Assembly: GCA_964635895.1 (NCBI GenBank)
Contig: CAZWQN010000004.1
Span: 1-36,957, forward strand
Source: an uncultured Thermotogae bacterium
GTDB lineage: Bacteria; Bipolaricaulota; Bipolaricaulia; UBA7950; UBA9294
Length of the DNA stretch: 36,957 bases
Reading direction: 5' to 3'
Positions 34,577 to 36,957 of the stretch are shown in pieces. The position numbers and the translations under genes are program-made. Position 1 is the first letter of the stretch. Each line of letters opens with the position of its first letter. A model generated the notes under the pieces. The model ran no database searches. It was not told where the DNA came from and worked only from the letters and a program-made list of their open reading frames with translations.

Positions 34577-35555
34577 CGGGCCCCCTCGGCAGCAGGGCGC
34601 GGAGAAGCCGCGCGAGGTTGACGACATCCTGCCGGTTGTGGTCAAGGATCGGTCGGAGGGGCGCTGGGCTTCCAGTCTCCAGGTACATCGAGTAGAACTG
34701 CGGGACGAGCGAGCCCGGCAGGTCGCTCGCGCGGCGAACACCGAGCACCTTCTCTTCGACGGTTCCGAGGTGAGCGTCCGGAAGAACACCCGCGAATTGC
34801 CGGCGGACGTGGTGGAGAAGGTCTGCGTGGATCCCGACCGGCGGGAGATTCCTCCCGTAGTAGGCACATCGTTGTCGCAGGAGGCTCCAGTCGAACGCCT
34901 TCCCGTTGTACGACACGAGGGCGGTGGCTCCCTTGAGCTCGCGGGTGAAGCGCGCGAGAAGGGCGTCTTCCCCGGCGAGCGACGGCGCGAGGAACTGACG
35001 AACGGTCAGGGTGCGGTCCCCGAGCCGTGCTGTCGCGATCAGAAAGATGGGGGCGTTCGACAGCCCCAGCGTCTCGAGGTCGAAGAAGAGAACGCGCTCG
35101 CGCGGAACGAATCCCAGAGCGGCGAGGAGTCGTGGGTCTGAAGCAGGCAGCCACGTTTCGAGAGTGGCGAGGACGGCCTCGACGTCCCACGCTGTGCCCC
35201 ACTCGGCGAGAAGCGCGCGTGCGCTCTCTCCCCATCGCGGGTGAGCGGCGAGGTCGGCGAGCGTCTCGTAGCCCTGTTGGCGGAGCTGTTCCCGGCGGCA
35301 CGTTCCGATGCCGTACAGCAGATCGAGCATGCGCTCCACGCTCGCACGAAGGTGGTCCATCGGTGGGAAGCGGAGCTCGAAGGACTCCTCGGACTCGAAC
35401 GTAAGAACGTCGTGGAATCCATGTTCTCGAGTTCCGGAATCGAAGAGCGCGTCGGTCGTCTCGTCCAGCGAACCGGGAAGGCCTGCGGTCTCCTGGGCGG
35501 GTTCTCTGGGAGTCGCTCGGCCGGCGAGCCATCCTGCAAGCCGGTCGTTCCTCAT
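34566..35555 (-). CDS. RNase-H-fold (DEDD-type) exonuclease, YprB/MrfB-like, with an N-terminal HhH-like segment
   Basis: LFFDLETLGL (D-x-E), SYNGKAFDWSLL, HADLLH and HNRQDVVNL. The HhH-like segment is LLYGIGTCRREQLRQQGYETLADLA. The stop overlaps the helicase start by 11 nt. Confidence 0.75.
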   Translation of the reverse strand: MRNDRLAGWLAGRATPREPAQETAGLPGSLDETTDALFDSGTREHGFHDVLTFESEESFELRFPPMDHLRASVERMLDLLYGIGTCRREQLRQQGYETLADLAAHPRWGESARALLAEWGTAWDVEAVLATLETWLPASDPRLLAALGFVPRERVLFFDLETLGLSNAPIFLIATARLGDRTLTVRQFLAPSLAGEDALLARFTRELKGATALVSYNGKAFDWSLLRQRCAYYGRNLPPVGIHADLLHHVRRQFAGVLPDAHLGTVEEKVLGVRRASDLPGSLVPQFYSMYLETGSPAPLRPILDHNRQDVVNLARLLRALLPRGPDAT

Positions 35556-35592
35556 GGGAAGCGGCGCGCGCGGAGGGCGGCCCGCTTGGGCC

Positions 35593-35829
35593 TCAGCGAC
35601 GGACCTTCATCGCTTCTCTCTCCCCCACGTAGGGGAGCAGAGCGAGCTTTCGGGCGCGGTTGATCTCTACGGCCAGGCGCCGCTGATGCTTCGCACACAG
35701 GCGTGTGGCCCTCTTGGGCAGGATTTTGCCGAGCCGATTCATGTACTGCTTCAGCTCTTCGGGCTTCTTGTAGTCCAGGCTGACCTGGTTCTCGCACGCA
35801 CGACACTTTCGTCTTCGCTTGTGGAACAT
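35593..35829 (-). CDS. rpsR: 30S ribosomal protein S18
   Basis: CRACENQVSLDYKKPEELKQYMNRLGKILPKRATRLCAKHQRRLAVEINRARKLALLPY is canonical S18. Confidence 0.95.
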   Translation of the reverse strand: MFHKRRRKCRACENQVSLDYKKPEELKQYMNRLGKILPKRATRLCAKHQRRLAVEINRARKLALLPYVGEREAMKVRR

Positions 35830-35832
35830 AAC

Positions 35833-36252
35833 CTAGAAAGGAACCTCCTCCTCAGGCGGCTGACCTTCGTCACTCGTCGCCGGCGCGGTGACCGTGCCCG
35901 CCTCATCGCTCGATCGTGCCGGCCCGCCGAGGAATTGAACGGTTGACGCCACGACCTCGGTGATCTTGACCCGCTCGCCTTCCGCGTTCTCGAATGAATC
36001 GATTCGTAGACGACCCTCAACAGCGACAGATCGTCCTTTCCGTAGGTAGTTGGCGCAGTTCTCCGCCTGCGAGCCCCACGTTACGATCGGGACGAACGTG
36101 ACCTCCTCTTGGAGCTGCCCCGAGGCGTCCTTGTACTGCCGGTTGATCGCAATGGCAAACCGCGCCCGAGCCGTCCCGCCCGGGGTATACCGCAACTCAG
36201 GGTCCCCCGTGAGGTTTCCGATCAAGATGACGCGGTTCAGACTCGCAGCCAT
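35833..36252 (-). CDS. ssb: single-stranded DNA-binding protein
   Basis: LNRVILIGNLTGDPELRYTPGG..VTWG..AENCANYLRKGRSVAVEGRL forms the OB fold. A Gly/Pro/acidic linker leads to the C-terminal tip EEEVPF. Confidence 0.95.
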   Translation of the reverse strand: MAASLNRVILIGNLTGDPELRYTPGGTARARFAIAINRQYKDASGQLQEEVTFVPIVTWGSQAENCANYLRKGRSVAVEGRLRIDSFENAEGERVKITEVVASTVQFLGGPARSSDEAGTVTAPATSDEGQPPEEEVPF

Positions 36253-36258
36253 AGTCCT

Positions 36259-36543
36259 CTAGTTCTTCACCACGATCTGGTAGCGAAGCAGCTCTTCGTC
36301 AATGTTCAGTCGGTCTTGGATGGACTTCACGGCGGCGGGTGGAAGGCGGAACTCCGTAAAGCCGTAGACCCCGTCCGTGAAATGGCGAATCTCATACGCC
36401 AAGACGCGCCGTCCCCACTCCTCGGTCTTCACGAGGTCTCCGCCGCTTTCCGTAATCAGCGATTGGATTCTCCCGACCTTCGCCGCGCGCTGTTCGTCCG
36501 TCAGGTCCGGCCGAATCACGTAGACAATCTCGTACTCTCGCAC
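36259..36543 (-). CDS. rpsF: 30S ribosomal protein S6 (GTG start)
   Basis: REYEIVYVIRPDL..WGRRVLAYEI. GTG at 36543 with GAGGTG five nt upstream. Confidence 0.9.
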   Translation of the reverse strand: MREYEIVYVIRPDLTDEQRAAKVGRIQSLITESGGDLVKTEEWGRRVLAYEIRHFTDGVYGFTEFRLPPAAVKSIQDRLNIDEELLRYQIVVKN

Positions 36544-36786
36544 TCTGACACCTCTCAGTTGGTCTTCGGGAAACTGTATCGCTGCCTCACGGGGAAGTCA
36601 AACTGCGGCGGGGCGCGGGGTTTGGCGCTCTAGCCCCCTTGGGGGAAACGGCGGCGCCCCGGCCGTCTCCTCTCGATCGGCCCCCGGTGGGCCGGTCGAG
36701 CGCCCGGCTGCCGAAGGATCCGGCCCGGAGGTGACCGGCGTCCTTGGGCAGAATGCTGAGGGTTGACGTATATCTAATATGCAAAG

Positions 36787-36815
36787 TTGATGAAAGAAGC
36801 ATGGATGGTTATTCT
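36787..36815 (+). promoter_or_regulatory. candidate promoter TTGATG, 17-nt spacer, TATTCT within an AT-rich island (divergent region)
   Basis: TTGATG at 36787-36792 and TATTCT at 36810-36815. It is followed by the hairpin GCGGGGG-cgag-CCCCCGC (36828-36845) and the start at 36876. Confidence 0.35.
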
Positions 36816-36875
36816 ATATCCTCGGTGGCGGGGGCGAGCCCCCGCGGGCGGAATACTAGAGGTGAGGAGGTAGCG

Positions 36876-36957
36876 ATGAAGTGGGGCGGGTTCAACAAGA
36901 AGGGGGAGGAGAAGATGAAGAAGCTACTGGGCGGGAAGGCGGCGTTCTACCTGGTGT
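36876..36957 (+). CDS. hypothetical protein, N-terminal fragment (runs off the window)
   Basis: GAGGAGG lies upstream of ATG 36876. An in-frame second ATG at 36915 is also preceded by GGGGGAGGAG, giving MKKLLGGKAAFYLV, which is signal/TM-like. Confidence 0.45.
   Translation, partial: MKWGGFNKKGEEKMKKLLGGKAAFYLV

Noticed and set aside
1-36957. CRISPR arrays, transposases/integrases, prophage genes, rRNA/tRNA genes
   Set aside because: I scanned for regularly spaced direct repeats, terminal inverted repeats, recombinase motifs and tRNA/rRNA signatures and found none. The only exact tandem repeat is the 18-bp coding duplication at 22685-22720.

Overview
GC-rich (about two-thirds G+C by eye), densely coding bacterial chromosomal segment with about 35 genes, mostly on the minus strand. 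GGAGG-type Shine-Dalgarno sequences precede most starts. I recognised no rRNA, tRNA, CRISPR array, transposase or integrase. The many long arginine-rich ORFs in the six-frame track are antisense or alternative-frame artefacts of the high GC content. A FlgD-Ig/T9SS-like C-terminal sorting domain on a giant secreted protein, together with the composition, suggests an uncultivated FCB-group-like or related lineage; this is inference only. Gene content, left to right: disrupted S41 peptidase, GNAT, GAF-PAS-HD-GYP signalling protein, secreted orphan, GNAT, membrane coiled-coil protein, NifU-like protein, Isf-like flavoprotein with a zinc-finger-like tail, LTXXQ periplasmic protein, two small orphans, NagA, PrsW-type protease, Cys-rich orphan, class-II glutamine amidotransferase, 1074-aa secreted repeat protein, divergent YchF, hemolysin-III, nuclease-like plus orphan pair, CorA, LysW-like acidic zinc ribbon, M20 and M29 peptidases, PPP phosphoesterase, MscL with a zinc ribbon, HTH protein. 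The window ends with a long minus-strand array: rpsF-ssb-rpsR, then a YprB/MrfB-like exonuclease, a MrfA-like DEAH/DUF1998 helicase, a 379-aa orphan, and a 1070-aa SHMT-GcvT fusion. The last four genes are joined by overlapping stop/start codons. That coupled module, the fusion enzyme itself, the LysW-like carrier homologue, and a TAG-dominated stop-codon usage are the observations I consider most worth follow-up.
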